Of a stretch of 64,000 nucleotides of DNA, positions 10,224 through 23,470 are shown piece by piece. The notes under the pieces were generated by a model, which worked only from the letters and a program-made list of their open reading frames with translations, had not been told where the DNA came from and searched no databases. This DNA is from Octopus vulgaris. Its lineage: Eukaryota. The stretch's first letter is position 1, and the number at the start of each line of letters is the position of its first letter. The stretch spans positions 1,302,001 through 1,366,000 of the forward strand of contig OX597832.1 in the NCBI GenBank assembly GCA_951406725.2, written 5' to 3'. The position numbers were made by a program, and so were the translations under genes.

Positions 10224-11099
10224 CTAGCTTTGGCTAAAAACCTATTGCATATTCATGGTGGTGTGCGCAGGCGCCTTGTCGTGATGAAACCACCACTCTC
10301 CACTTCACCACAGGTTTGAGCATTTTTGTCTCACCGTGTCTTGCATGTGTTTTAGAACTGCCAAATAAAATGTCTGGTTAACAGTTTGATCTGGAGGAAC
10401 AAATTCTGTGTAGACAATTTCTTTTGCATCAATGAAACAAATCAGCATCATCTTGACATAGGACTTCGCTTGACGTGCTTTTATGGGGTGTGGCGACATT
10501 GAATGCTTCCATTGACTTGATTATTGCTTTGTTTCTAGGTCGTAACCATAGAACCAGCTTTCATTCCCAATGATGACCTTTGAAAATAGGTCTGGATCAA
10601 CTTCCAACTGTTTTTTTTTTTTAGTTCATGACACACATTCAGTCATAACTGCTTTTGATTTTCTGTGAACAAGTGAAGCACAAATTTTGCTGCAACGCTT
10701 TTCATTGGCAATTCCTTGCTCAAAATTCGTTGGCAGGAGCTGCAGGACACACCAGCCATATCGACAAGTTCATCAATTTTTCAACAATGACGCTGCATGA
10801 TCAGATCATGAATTTTCACAAGGTTTTCATTCATTCGAGAGATTGAACAAGCTTGGTCTTCAAGCGACAAGTGGCCATTTCTAGAGTATGAAAACCCACT
10901 TCTAAACTTATGTTTTGTTCATGACAGTACCCTTGTAAGCTGTTATTTCTCCTGATCATTGACTAAAGATCAGTTACTTTTAAAGTAACACACAGACACT
11001 AATCTCATAGAGAAGAAAATAATTAGTTTTAAATCTCTGAGCGAGAAGTAAGTAGTTACAGTACTACAGAGTAAAATCTATTTGCCAATGTAAAGTGGT

Positions 11100-13420
11100 A
11101 GTCCTGATTAAAACGATATTACTACCTTTTTTAGCTCTAGGAAAATATCTTTTCCAGCTGGCTACCAATGCATAACTGCGTCATTATACCTTGAACAAAG
11201 GAGCTAATGTTCCCACTCAGCCTTAAATGGTACCTGTTGACCATGGTTTCTGAATTTTTTCTCTTCATTGGTACAGGATAACCGTTGGCTAGAGATGGCA
11301 GTACTAGGCCTTGTTCGAGGTATATACTTTGAAAGTGACACACAGTCACTGATCTCATAATGTGTTCATCATTTATTGGAATATGGTAAGTGTCACTTTT
11401 ACTCCAAAAGGAAGCCGCTTGAATTTACACAATCCACATTGTGTATTGATTGTTAAAAGGTGTGTGCAATCTTCCTCTGAGAGGTCTAACTTTGAGAAAA
11501 TTTTTCTCCATTTAGTTTTGGGAACACTTCTTCTGAGCTTGGTAATGGATACTTGTGTTTGAGTAAACAGTCATCGAATCCAGTTGAAAAGTCCACACAT
11601 ACTCTTAGTTTATTATTTTTTTCTTTACATAAACCGCTAGAGCTGCTCAGTCTGAATGGTCACCTTTGTCAATTATAGTTAGACTTTGTAGCTCTTTATT
11701 AACCTGGTCCAATGCCGCAAACAACAAGTTCTGTTTGAGCCTAAAAACAGGTGTTGCCTTTTCTTTTACAGCGATTCTCACTTTTTTTTGAAAAAAAAAC
11801 ATTTGGAAATAATTAAAAAATGTTTTGTCTCAGTTATTCGACTTCATTTGAACATTTAACCATGCTGACTACATTTTCACAGAGAACACTAATGGGGGTA
11901 TCCCACATTTTTAATAACTCCATGCATTCTGTGCCAAATAGGTTCAGTGATATTTTTCAACACATAAATGATTGTCCTTTTCATTTCACCTCAAAAAGTT
12001 GCAAATACATTCGCCAATGAAATATAATTTCTATCCTGTAACACCATATGCTACTTTGATTTAAATAATTTCTTCATTTATGATTGTGATGTCACTATCT
12101 GTGTCTTATTGCATTTTGACCCTAGTGGTTTCAATTCTCACCTTGATGAATTTTCTGTTTGTTGTACAAACTTTTTCCTCTGATGACAAACTGTTTATTT
12201 TCTCTCATTGGGTCCAATCTTTTATCATCTTAGTTCTGCAGTGCAATTTAATGTGTTCTGTATTTCCACAATGAAAACACTTCACTCTTTTGAATGGACA
12301 CTCTTTTCTGAGATGCTTCCCACTGCATGCCATACATGGATTTATCTCTTGATATATATTGTGTCTTTTGTGAAACACTTTATCTATCTTCTGGCTCTTC
12401 CAGACTGATTTTATTTGTAAACAATCTCTGCACATGATTTCTTAATATCAACGCATTCTTCTGACAGTTTCTGTATGGTTGTATCTTGGTTCATTTCCCG
12501 TTTTGCGAGAATTTTCGTTCTGACTTCTGCATTCTTTTTAGCAGTAAGTCAGGCACTCAGATGAGTCTGGAGCTAGATTATCCAGTTTAAATCTCTCATA
12601 CTCTCTGTTCACTACCTGTATATGTGGTAAAGTCTTCATCATCACTTTTCTCCATGTTTAAACACTTCCATGTGTTGAACAACAATGTCTTTCACCAAAC
12701 ATCCTACATAAAATGTCAACTGTGTTTGTGAAATTTATGTCAGAAACCTTTTTAGGCAATAAACAGTTACAGTATTTCTCATGCTCTCTCTATTTACCAG
12801 TTTCCTCAGAATTAGACAAGTTTTCATTTCGTCTGTCCAGTCTTGGCATTCTTTTTCAAAAATTTCTTCAAATCTTTGGTAATATGCCTCAAAAGTGATT
12901 CCGTCTTCTGGGTCATATTTAAATTCATTTGCTACATAGTCTGGCAAAAATTTGCTACATAGTCTGGCAAAAATGAATTTTCCGATTTTGTTACCATTAG
13001 TTGTAGCATATGTTGCTGTAACATTTGTTGTTGTGTTGTTGCTGTTTTTGCAACTCAACTAAACCCTCTAACAAGTTTTCTATAACTTTACCAATTTTTC
13101 ATAAAATACATACAACAAAAATGTTTGTCACTCCTCTGTTGAGTTTTAATTTCTCCATGTGAAAAATTTTTCAATGTCTTCCGCATGAATTATTTATTTT
13201 CTATGTGAAAAAAATGTTTTTTCAATGTTGTCTACATGAATTGTTTATATCCTCCTCCACAATAGCTTTGAAACGTCTACCTTGACGGTAACTCGAACTC
13301 ATATATATCACGTAGCTGACACTGACTCCAACTGAGAACTTGCACAGCAATTCTAACTACTATTGACCTCCTACAATGACTGACTGTCAGACTTTATAGT
13401 CACATGGGAAGGAGTGTTAC
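11100..13420 (-). mobile_element. Heavily degraded Ty3/gypsy (Mag-like) gag-pol remnant
   Basis: gag F.YDPEDGITFEAYYQRFE; two CCHC-like knuckles CMACSGKHLRKEC and CFHCGNTEHIKLHC; protease-like DTDSDITI; RT SKLDLS and RLPFGVK. No paired LTRs seen. Confidence 0.75.
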
Positions 13421-13489
13421 ATTTTCACTATGACACACGGACACACATATGTATGTATTATATATATATATATTTATGTGTATGTGTAT

Positions 13490-14373
13490 TATCTATCTCT
13501 CTCGCTCCACCGGTCACTCCTTGCAACACCTGTCTGTGTTCGGTTTGTCCTTACACAGAGGCCATCTGGATTCCCGTTTGCGCCGTGAACAGGAATTAAT
13601 CTTCTCTCTTCGCTCTTATACGCCATTTGGTCTCAACTCTCCCCCCCTCCTCATCTAACCCCCCTCTCCCCCTCCTCACCTACTTTTCCCCCCGACCCCT
13701 ACTTCTCTTCAGTCCTTCATCCTTTCACCCCTACTCCCCTTCCCTTCTTCCCTCTTTCTCCCTCCCTCCTTCCCTCTTCCCCTTCCCTCTGCTCCCTCAC
13801 TCCCCTTCTCTCTCCCCCTCTCCCTCTTTCCTCCTTCCCCCCCCCCCCCCTCCTCTCCCTCTCCCCTTCCCCTTCCCCCTCCCCCTCTTCTCCTCTCTCC
13901 ACACTACACCACACGACTTTACACATCACATCATATATGATGTGCCATACTAATACATACACCAACTAATACATACTAATACATACTAATACATACACCA
14001 ACCCTATACATACACACGTCCAGACCTCTCATACGCACTAATACTCTCTCATACACACACACACACACACACCCTTATGTTGGAGTAGGTCATTCAACCC
14101 TATTATCTCCCCTAATTTCGCTCTCGCGTCTCATGTTTGATCTTTGACTTCTGGCCGAAATCAGATCGCCATGTTGATTTGTTAGTTACTGCACGCATTG
14201 TTTTCTCTCCTTCTTTCTGTGTTTTTTTCTCTGTGTATCTTTCTGTTGAAGAGCGTAGGCTCGAAACGTTAAAGACTTGTTTTATTTATATTTCCTGAGC
14301 GCCATACTAATACAATTGTTTGTTTGTTTTCCACCTGCCTTCGTCTTTTGTCTATTTTCATAAAGCTTCCCGT

Positions 14374-14375
<2 letters not shown>
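13490..14375 (+). mobile_element. 5'-truncated Penelope-like element (Neptune-type) 3' end with a pyrimidine tract and a hammerhead variant
   Basis: GHSLQHL..RLRREQELIFSLRSYTPFGLN is a GIY-YIG C-terminus (stop at 13658); pyrimidine tract 13630-13900; hammerhead-like motif at 14238-14275; ends in (TA)n. Confidence 0.8.
14238..14275 (+). ncRNA. Non-canonical minimal hammerhead ribozyme motif
   Basis: TCTTT-CTGTTGA-A-GAGC(gtag)GCTC-GAAA-CG-TT-AAAGA; all stems pair, core A6 is replaced by U. Confidence 0.6.
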
Positions 14376-14415
<40 letters not shown>

Positions 14416-14444
14416 TATACATGACTCATGCACATATATGTCAT

Positions 14445-16030
14445 ACTGACCAGAGGAGACCACCTCCTCCAATTCACAATGTGTATGTTGCCCAAATGAA
14501 AGCATACTCTTGCGGTTAAGAAATCCCTCTTCATCCCCCTTACTCTCCTGACCTCACACCATCTGACTTCCACCGCTTTCCAACCATGTAGTCTTTTCTG
14601 AAAAGGGAAGCACTTTTTGAATGATGATGAACTTGTTTCTGAGGTAAAGTCTTGGCTTCTGTTGCAACCTACTGACTTCTACAGATGTGGTCTTCACAGC
14701 CGCATAAGGCGATGGAAGAAGTGTGCCACACATTTATATATACATATATATGACTGCTCACAGAGATAAAGAAACAATCAATGCTGTGGAAACATCCCTC
14801 TTCTCCTGCTCAAAAGACAACCAAGGTTATTTCATCTGTAGGGAAGGTGATGGCCTCAGTTATTTGGTATGCAAAAGACATTGTGTTTATTGACTACTAG
14901 CAGCATAGCCCGGCGTTGCCCGGGTATGTAAGAGCCCCTAGTAGACAACGACTAATCCAATCTAGTCCTTTCCCTCTAGGGAACGAAGGTGCATGTGTAG
15001 GTTGCAATGTCTTCCCTTCACTCCCAAATAACTATCAAACAGCTATGGATAATTCAACCCAACCAATTCCTACCAGGAAGAAATTACATTCGAGACTTTA
15101 CCCCCAATACCGCCACTTCTGCTAATAGCTGCTGCAACCGCAAGTTATTTGAATACTTTTTTTTGTTTACGCTTTCTTTATAACTACCACCCCAAACGTT
15201 TTACCTTAAATTTTTGATGTACTCTAAGGATCCTCGGACGCTACTTGCAAACTCTTGGTTTATTATAAACCGCTTTTGTCGTGTGCATCAAAGAACCTTT
15301 TCCATTCGTTTGTTCAGTTTGGTCACTTTTGACTTTTTCGTTGTTGTCACTCACATTGCTGCCCGCTTTTTTGCCATTTTTGTACATTTTTATACATTTT
15401 GGGATACTTACCCCACGTGTTCCGAGAGTTAAAAAGGTCGAGTTGCGTCCCTTAGACAGTCTGTAGAAAATGTGTTGCATATAAAAAGCTTAGATTCTCG
15501 ACCCATGTCGAATTTATCGATTTTTTTTCAGAACTGGGGGAACTTTTCAAAATTTTCGCTGCGTTAGTTTTGAATTATGACATTGGGTTACGTGTGTGTC
15601 AAGTTTCATCAGAATCGGTTGAAAGCCATGGTCAGGGTGAGGGTACAACCTGACAGACACACAGACACACAGACAGACAAACTGCCATTTATATATAGAG
15701 AGATTTTCAAAAGGACCATACCATCAATAGAGAGTAGTATGCCAACTTGCTGAGGCAGTCACCAAACGTCCAGGAAAACTGATGAAAAGGATCTTCTTTC
15801 GTCAGGATAATGCTCCAGCACACATGTCCTTGGTTTCAATGACTGCTATGTGTGACTGTAGTTTTGAACTAGTTGATCACCTTCCCTATTCTCTTGATTT
15901 GGCCTGATGTAACTACCATCTGTTCCCCAACAGGAAAAACACTTGACTGGGAAGCAGTATCGCAATGATGACGACATCATATCTGCTGTTGATGACTTTT
16001 TTGATCAGCAGGATGAAAGCTTCTTCACTA
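14445..16030 (+). mobile_element. Degenerate mariner transposase fragments (14445-14725; 14755-14896 + 15704-16030)
   Basis: YSPDLTPSDF, GKVMASV.W..K.IVFIDY|FQK, QDNAPAH and YSLDLA..YHLFP; the coding sequence rejoins across the Helitron. Confidence 0.75.
14897..15703 (-). mobile_element. Non-autonomous Helitron (Lep1-like)
   Basis: The minus strand starts TC(TCTCTATATATA), carries a (CTGT)n-like microsatellite, and ends with hairpin CCCGGGCAACGCCGGG about 8 nt before the terminal CTAG; inserted at A|T with no TSD. Confidence 0.85.
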
Positions 16031-16221
16031 TGTAATTGTAATTTGTTATAAATGTTTTCCTTTATTCAAACTATTTTAATTGTTTAAAAATTTTGAAATC
16101 AAGTCATGCAGCATGTTTATGATAACGTATGTAAACTATTGCAATAACTAGAAATAAATATTTATTTCTTTTGGGGATATTTTTTATTCAAATGCATTTA
16201 AAACTATCTTTGCAGAACAAA

Positions 16222-16365
16222 ATGGAAAGTGCCAGTACACTGACAACACTAGACTATTCTATATTTAGTGCAATCGTCATTATCTCCCTTGGTATAGGTG
16301 TTTACTTCTCATACAAAGGGCAGAAAACAACATCTGAATTTATAGTTGCAAGTCGACAAATGAAG
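16222..16365 (+). CDS. SLC5-like coding exon 1 (MESASTLTTLDYSIF...ASRQMK)
   Basis: ATG at 16222, preceded by acceptor TTGCAG ending 16215 (so an upstream UTR exon is likely); donor AAG|GTATTT; 144 nt, TM1. Confidence 0.9.
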
Positions 16366-16637
16366 GTATTTTTTTTATTATATTACACTGCATTTTAAAT
16401 AAATATTTTTGTTATTTATATAGATTTTGATTATTTATATAGATTTACAATGTGTGAGACTTCTTGTCATTTATTTGCTGCCTGCCCCTTTCACCTCTTA
16501 AAATTTCATTGTCTCTCACCACTATTTGGCCTTGTGCTACATTATTGGATCATATGCATTTTGATTTCATGAAGTTGATTTTGAGAGCTTCTGATAAAGT
16601 CTGGAGTTTCAACATGGTTATGTTGATGATGATGATG

Positions 16638-16697
<60 letters not shown>

Positions 16698-19600
16698 CAT
16701 CATCATCATCAACAACAACATTTAACTTCTGTTTTCCATGCTGGTATGAGTTAGATGGTTAGACTGAAAACTGGTAAGCTGGGGAGCTGCACCAGGGTCC
16801 AATCTGATTTGGCCTGATTTCTACAGCTGGATTCCCTTCGTAATGCCAACCGATCCATGAGCATAGTTGGTGCTTCTTTTTATGTGCCACTGGCATGGGT
16901 GCCAGTTACAAAACACTGGCATCAGCCATGACTGCAATCTCACTTGGCTTGATGGGTCTTCTCAAGCACAACACATTGCCCAATGTCTGAAGGATGCTTT
17001 TTATGTGCCATGGCATGAGTGCCAGTTACACGACACTGGCATCAGCCATGACTATGATTTCACTTAGCTTGACAGGGTCTTCTCAAGCACAGCATATCAC
17101 CAAAGGTCTCAGTCACTTGTTATTGCCTCTATGAGGCCCAATGTTCGAAGATCATGCTTCATCACCTCATCCCATAGGTTCCCTCCACAGATAGAGATCA
17201 GCACTTCTTGACACAGCTCCCTGTGTCCTTATGCATATATTGATATATATATATATATAAACTTATACACATAGATATGAGCAAATATATACATACATAA
17301 TATGTGTATACACACACAAATATTCATATGTATACACACACATATTTATATGTATAGGAATGATATATGTATGTACACACACACATACATATAATTCACA
17401 GATCCAATATATGTAGATTCAACAAAAAGTACTCCACCTAGTGAGATATTAAATATCAGTTTAATAAAACAAGAAAATCAAGATCCCTGCACCTCGCTGG
17501 TGTAGAACAATATAGTAGGAGACATGCCAAAGTATGAGAAACAACTAGTCTGAAGTGGGTGATGTCCTCTCGGTCAACAAAAGGAACTTGTCTATGTTAT
17601 TGCAACTGCTAAAAATTTCAATCCTGGAATTAAGCAGTGTGGTGGAACTCTTGGATCTAAAAAGAATATGTGATCTTTCTACCATGTATAAATTGCATTT
17701 CTTAGCATATGGCTTGGATTTCTCCACAATTCTCCACTTGATTGTATGTCATGTGGAGTTGACATTACTTTTGTTGACATGCCAGAAAGAAGATAAATGC
17801 TTTGCATAATCATCATCATCATCGTTTAACGTCCGCTTTCCATGCTAGCATGGGTTGGACGGTTCAACTGGAGTCTGGGAAGCCAGAAGGCTGCACCAGG
17901 TCCAGTCTGATCTGGCAGTGTTTCTACAGCTGGATGCCCTTCCTAACACCAACCACTCCGTGAGTGTAGTAGGTGCTTTTTACGTGCAAGATGAGGCTGG
18001 CAAGTGGCCATGATCGAATGGTACTTTTTACGTGCCACCAGCACGGAGGCCAGTTGGAACAGCGCTGGCAACAGTTTAATATGAATGCAAAGAGATTAAT
18101 AAATTCAAGCAGATATCAATAAAGTACTCAGTGTTAAATGAAGTTGGTTAACTATATCAAACACTCAATCAGATACCAATAAATACAAGTAGAATTAACA
18201 TCCAAGGTAATTCTTCATGTATGACAAATAAATCCATGTATTGCTTTGAAGAATTTCAAGAAATTGAGAGTATAAAACAACAAGAACCAGAATGGAGAAA
18301 ATCACATATTCACTTGATGATTACACCATATATGACTGATGATCGTGTCTATTGTTGCAGCATATTTAGATATAGAAAAGTTATAAAATGCCAATCAAAT
18401 TAATATATCCAAAAATACATGCTAACACAAAAATGGGTTAAATTCAAAATGAAGTAAGAAAATATCTTTAATACAAAAAGAACATTAAGAAAAAATATAA
18501 TATTCTAAGAAAAGCCAGTTTAGTATTTTAACTTTTGATGACATCAGTAGATAACGAAAGAATAAAAAAATAAACAGAAATTCTTCATCATAACAATTGG
18601 AAACAGAAATTCTACATCATAACAATTAGTTATCTATCTAAAACATTTGGTAAAACATGTTTTGAAAAATTATGCATATTATATTATAGGTAAAGCAGTT
18701 ATAATTAATGGGTTATTTACTGTTGAAACATTTAAATGTTCTATATTCCTGAGAACATTTCAATGTAAAATTACTTCTACAATTTAATTATTAGAAGTAA
18801 TTATACATTTCCTCAAGGCAAAGATCACATTTAAAATTATCAATATTGTACAATAGTGCATAACTAATAATGAACCACTTTAAACCGTAGTTAATATTCC
18901 TGTCTTTTAAATCCCAAATGCATTTACTAAGATTTGCACAATTACATTTCTTTCTAAAATTAACTGAATGAGAATGATGATGTAATCTAGATTTCCAAAC
19001 TGTAGTGGACAAAACTACGTAATAACATGTATGGTCCCTGTTATCATCTTACATTGACACACTATATTCACTGATTTTCTAAAGGACAGATAATTTTGTG
19101 TTTGAAATTACAAAGACATTTATTCACTTGTATGTGGTACTCATGGTTAAAGGAAATAGTACCAATCTTCCTCTCAGAAGGCAAGATTATTAGCAGTATT
19201 ATAATAAGTATTATTACTAGGTGTTATCTTAAAGATATTATGAATTTCCCAGTTGTAATTACTTTTAGCTAAAGTATCAAAATCTAGTTCAGGAAAAGTA
19301 TCATTAGAGTTAAATTCACTGTGTTTACTAATTTTAAGTTGAGATACTGTCTAATTTTACTTTTGTTATGTACTGGTATAATTTCTGTCAACTTTCTGGT
19401 GGTTGAATGTGAAAATTTTACTCTATGGCAATTAAATAATTTCCCATAATTGAAGGTGGAAAATATTTATCCTATGCAGCAAAACATTTCTGAGGAATAT
19501 CAGTAGCTATGATAATACTCCTTGATTTAGTCTTTTTATTATTTACATATACATTTTTCTTGATACTAACTTAACATTAGATGTTCTGTTGCCATAATTT

Positions 19601-20182
19601 TTATTCTCAAAGGCATACATATCTATAGACTCATTATTATTGGATGAGAGAGAAGTACACACTATCAAAGTGATACTGGGGTACAAATATATGAAGCCCA
19701 ATACACCTATCATGACTACTTGTCTGTTTAAGGTACACCAGGCACATGCATCAAACCATTTGTGCACAGCAGGGTGATCTCATGTCAAAATAGATAGTGC
19801 ATAACCTTGCAGGTGAAGCCCAATTTGAATTTTTCTCAGGTTGAATAGCTCATCCTGCTCAAGAACTCCCTGAATAAAGAATGTTTAAGGATGATGAACG
19901 AAACGCCCATGCTTCCAGAGGCAAATTATTCAAACCCCAAGGAATTCCTCTTAACGCATGGCTATGATGTTCCCTGCTTGTGATCAGAGATGCACATATT
20001 GTCAGCCACTAAGGGCCATGCTCAACTGGTTAATATCAAGTAACTGATAAGCAAATTTGTGTTATGGAGTGGAATATTTGCTGCAGTCCACATTTTACAC
20101 CAAGTCAAAACATGTAAATGATAGTACTTCCAATCACTAAGATCAGAAGCCATGAGAGCCACTGCCTAGTACCACATCAGGG

Positions 20183-20225
<43 letters not shown>

Positions 20226-20351
20226 CATTATTTTTATATATATATACACTCAACATTGGAAAAGAAAAGAATCCTAATAATACAGGCTACATCAAGAAGC
20301 CTTAGATGCCAAAAACCCTCCTATTGCATTACAGCAAGCAACCTTAGATGC

Positions 20352-20408
<57 letters not shown>

Positions 20409-22135
20409 TATTATTATTATTATTATCATTATTATTATTTTACTGTATTGAAAGTGTTTTATGTAGGATGTGTGCAGTGCCTAGTAGTGCTATTTTCTGT
20501 ATGTTATATATACTTGTTAGTCCTGGAATTTTTGTTATGCATTTGTCTGAATATTCTTTTATCATACCTAAGGTGCTCTCTATGACAGGAATTGTTTCTG
20601 TTTTTAGACTCCACATTCAAGTTACCTCTATTTCCAGATCTTTGTATTTTGAAAGTTTCTCTGTTTCTTTTCGAGAAACATTGTCATCTGTTGGTGTTGA
20701 TACGTCGATTAAAAAGTATTTTTTTTCTTGGTAATCTCTGACAACTATATTCGGCTTATTGGCCTTAATTTTTCTATCAGTGTGTATTGGCATGTCTCAT
20801 AGTATGGTTGCCTTCTCATTTTCTGCAACCTTTTCTGGCGTGTGCCTATACCATCGTTTTGGATTTTAGTTGTTTTTCAGCTTTTATTGTTTCTTCTTTT
20901 TCTTCATAGTTGTTAGGTACTATGAATTCTTTTTATATTTGTGAGCTTCCTTAAAGACTGAAAACAGTTTTTTTGTTTTTGTTCATGTTTTGTGGCATTT
21001 TGTATTAATTTTCCTTGCTTCTGAAGTAGGTATTTCTGTAATCCTATGGTGGTCATTTTGAAATAGTTTTCTAACTGTATAAGGCCTCTACCATCTTTAA
21101 TGCATTGTATATATAACCTTTCTATGTCAGATTTTGGGTGGTGCATCCTAGATCCTGTCATTATTTTTCTTGTTTTCCTGTCTATTTTGATTAGTTCATT
21201 TAGAGTTCAGTTAAGAATATTGTAGCTGTAATTTATAACTGGGATGGCTAGAGTGTTGATACCTGTTATCTTGTTTTTTGCATTGAGCTCTGTTTTCAGT
21301 ATTAATCTAACTCATCTATAGTATTCTTTTCTTATCTTCTCTTTCATTTGTGTGTGTTGTATCGTATCTAGTTCATTGATTCCTAAGTATGTGTATGTCT
21401 GGGTTTGGTCTAATTCTCTTATTTCATTTGCTTTATCTAGTGTAATGTTGCTACTCTTAACTAGTTTTTCTCTTTCCAAAGTTGCTTTGGAACATTTTAC
21501 AGTTCATTTCTTCGGTAAATCCATGTACTATCTGTAATAATGTTTCCAGCTGTTTATCATTTGTAGCATACAGTTTTAGATCATCCATATATAAGAGGTA
21601 GCTGATTGTTTTGCCATAACAGTTGTATCCACATCCAGCATGTCAGATAAGGGTATCAGTGCCAAGCAGGAAAGGAGTGGAGAGAGCATATCTCCCTGGA
21701 ATATTCCTCTTCTAATGGGGATGGCTTTGGCTTTTATGAGTTCCTGTTTTGTCTGGAGCTATAGCACTGTCTGCCATTTATTTATGAAATGCTTTATATA
21801 CTTTATGATCATTGATGTTGATGATGACAGTACTGCCTGATTGGCACTCATGTCAGTGGAACGTTAAAAGAACATCCGAGCAGTGGCACATGGAAAACAA
21901 CATTTGAGCGTGGCTGTTGCCAGAGCCGCCAGACTGGCCCTCGTGCTGGTGGCACATAAAACTACCCACTACACTCTCGGAGTGGTTGATGTTAGAAAGG
22001 GCATCCAGTAGTAGAAACTTTGCCAGATCAGATTGGATCCTGGTGCAGCCTTCTGGCTCGCCAGTCCTCAGTCAAACCATCCAACCCATGCCAGCATGGA
22101 AAGTGAACGTTAAACAATGAGGATGATGATGATAG

Positions 22136-22173
<38 letters not shown>

Positions 22174-23418
22174 GTACTACCTTGTTCATGGCTAGTGTAA
22201 CTAGGATCCATGTGTGGGAAATACTATCAAAGGCCTTTCAGTAATTGATCCAGACTACACTTAGACCCCTCTTCTTTCTTCGGCTGTCTTCAGTAGCTGA
22301 TCTTTACAGTCATATGAGTCATTGCAGCATCCCTTCTGCTTTTTGGAAACAGTTTGTTTTCTTTCAGACGTTTGCTCATTCTCTGTGATATTATTGCTTT
22401 CTAAATTGTAGGGAGGCAAATTATCTGTCTGGAATTTTCTGGGTTTACCATTACGGTGGATTTGGGAATCAGGATAGTTTCCCCTTCTGTGAGTCATTCA
22501 GGCATTGTCTTTGGTTCTGCTAGTATTTCATTAAGTTTCTCAGCCAGCTTTTTATGTGTTCTTGTTAGGTATTTTAACCAGACGTTAGGGCTCTTGTTGT
22601 GTCTGGGTGCCTTCCAGTTGCTTAGTTTTTGCCGTACTTGGATGACCTCTTCAGTTGTTATTGGGGTTTGAAGTTGCTCAGGTGCTGTGTTCATTGTTTT
22701 GATAGATCTTTTCTGAAGTTGTTCCTTCACTGACCATATTCCTTTCCCCAAATTCTTCTACTTCTGCTGTTGGTGCTGCATTGATCTCTCTTTTATTTTT
22801 GCCAAGTTCTTGGTAGAATCTTTTAGGGCTGGAGTTGAACTGTTTGTTTTGTTCAAAGAAACATTGACATTTGTCATACTGGCAGATTCTTTGTGCTTTG
22901 GGGAGGATATCTTGCTTTAGCTGTTCTTTTACCTCAGGTATACCTTATTCTGTTATTTTGTATTTATGTAGTATTTTTCTTCTCTTCTTGTTGCTTAGTA
23001 GTGTTGCTTGTCTACTAGTTTCATTAAAGATTGACAGATCCTTTCCCTTATTTTCTATTTTTTCTGGATATTATTTATCCATAGGGTTGTTTGGGTGGTG
23101 ATGCTCCTGTTTGGATGGGTTTTAGTGGGTATTCAGCTTCTTTTGTAGCCACAGAGGCTGCTGCATATATCATATCATTTAGCCTGGTCATATTAACATT
23201 TGCTTCTGTTGCTATTATTTCTTTGACAACCAGGTTCATGCTATTTATTATTGATGTTGTTTTATTACCAATTTAAATTTTTTGGAGGTACAACCAGTAG
23301 TCCATACTGAGATCTATAGCTTTGATTATGCTAATTTTTAGAGTGTCATAATCATTAGTTTCACCTTCACTGTTTCCAGGTTTTAGATTTGTTTTGTATT
23401 CCCTCCCATTCATCTTAC

Positions 23419-23470
<52 letters not shown>

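Larger units (their letters stand above)
8076..10945 (-). mobile_element. Degenerate mariner (Tc1/mariner) transposon split by an LTR element
   Basis: Minus-strand remnants IIGNESWFYGYD, KMMLICF.D.K.IV..EFVP..QTVN..FY, WFHHDKAPAH and YSPDLASC..FLFP; TIR-like TAGGAGGGTATACCCAAAAG near 8076. Confidence 0.8.

Noticed and set aside
13627-13965. Pro/Leu-rich and Gly/Glu/Arg-rich ORFs
   Set aside because: They arise from a pyrimidine/purine low-complexity tract in a PLE 3' UTR.
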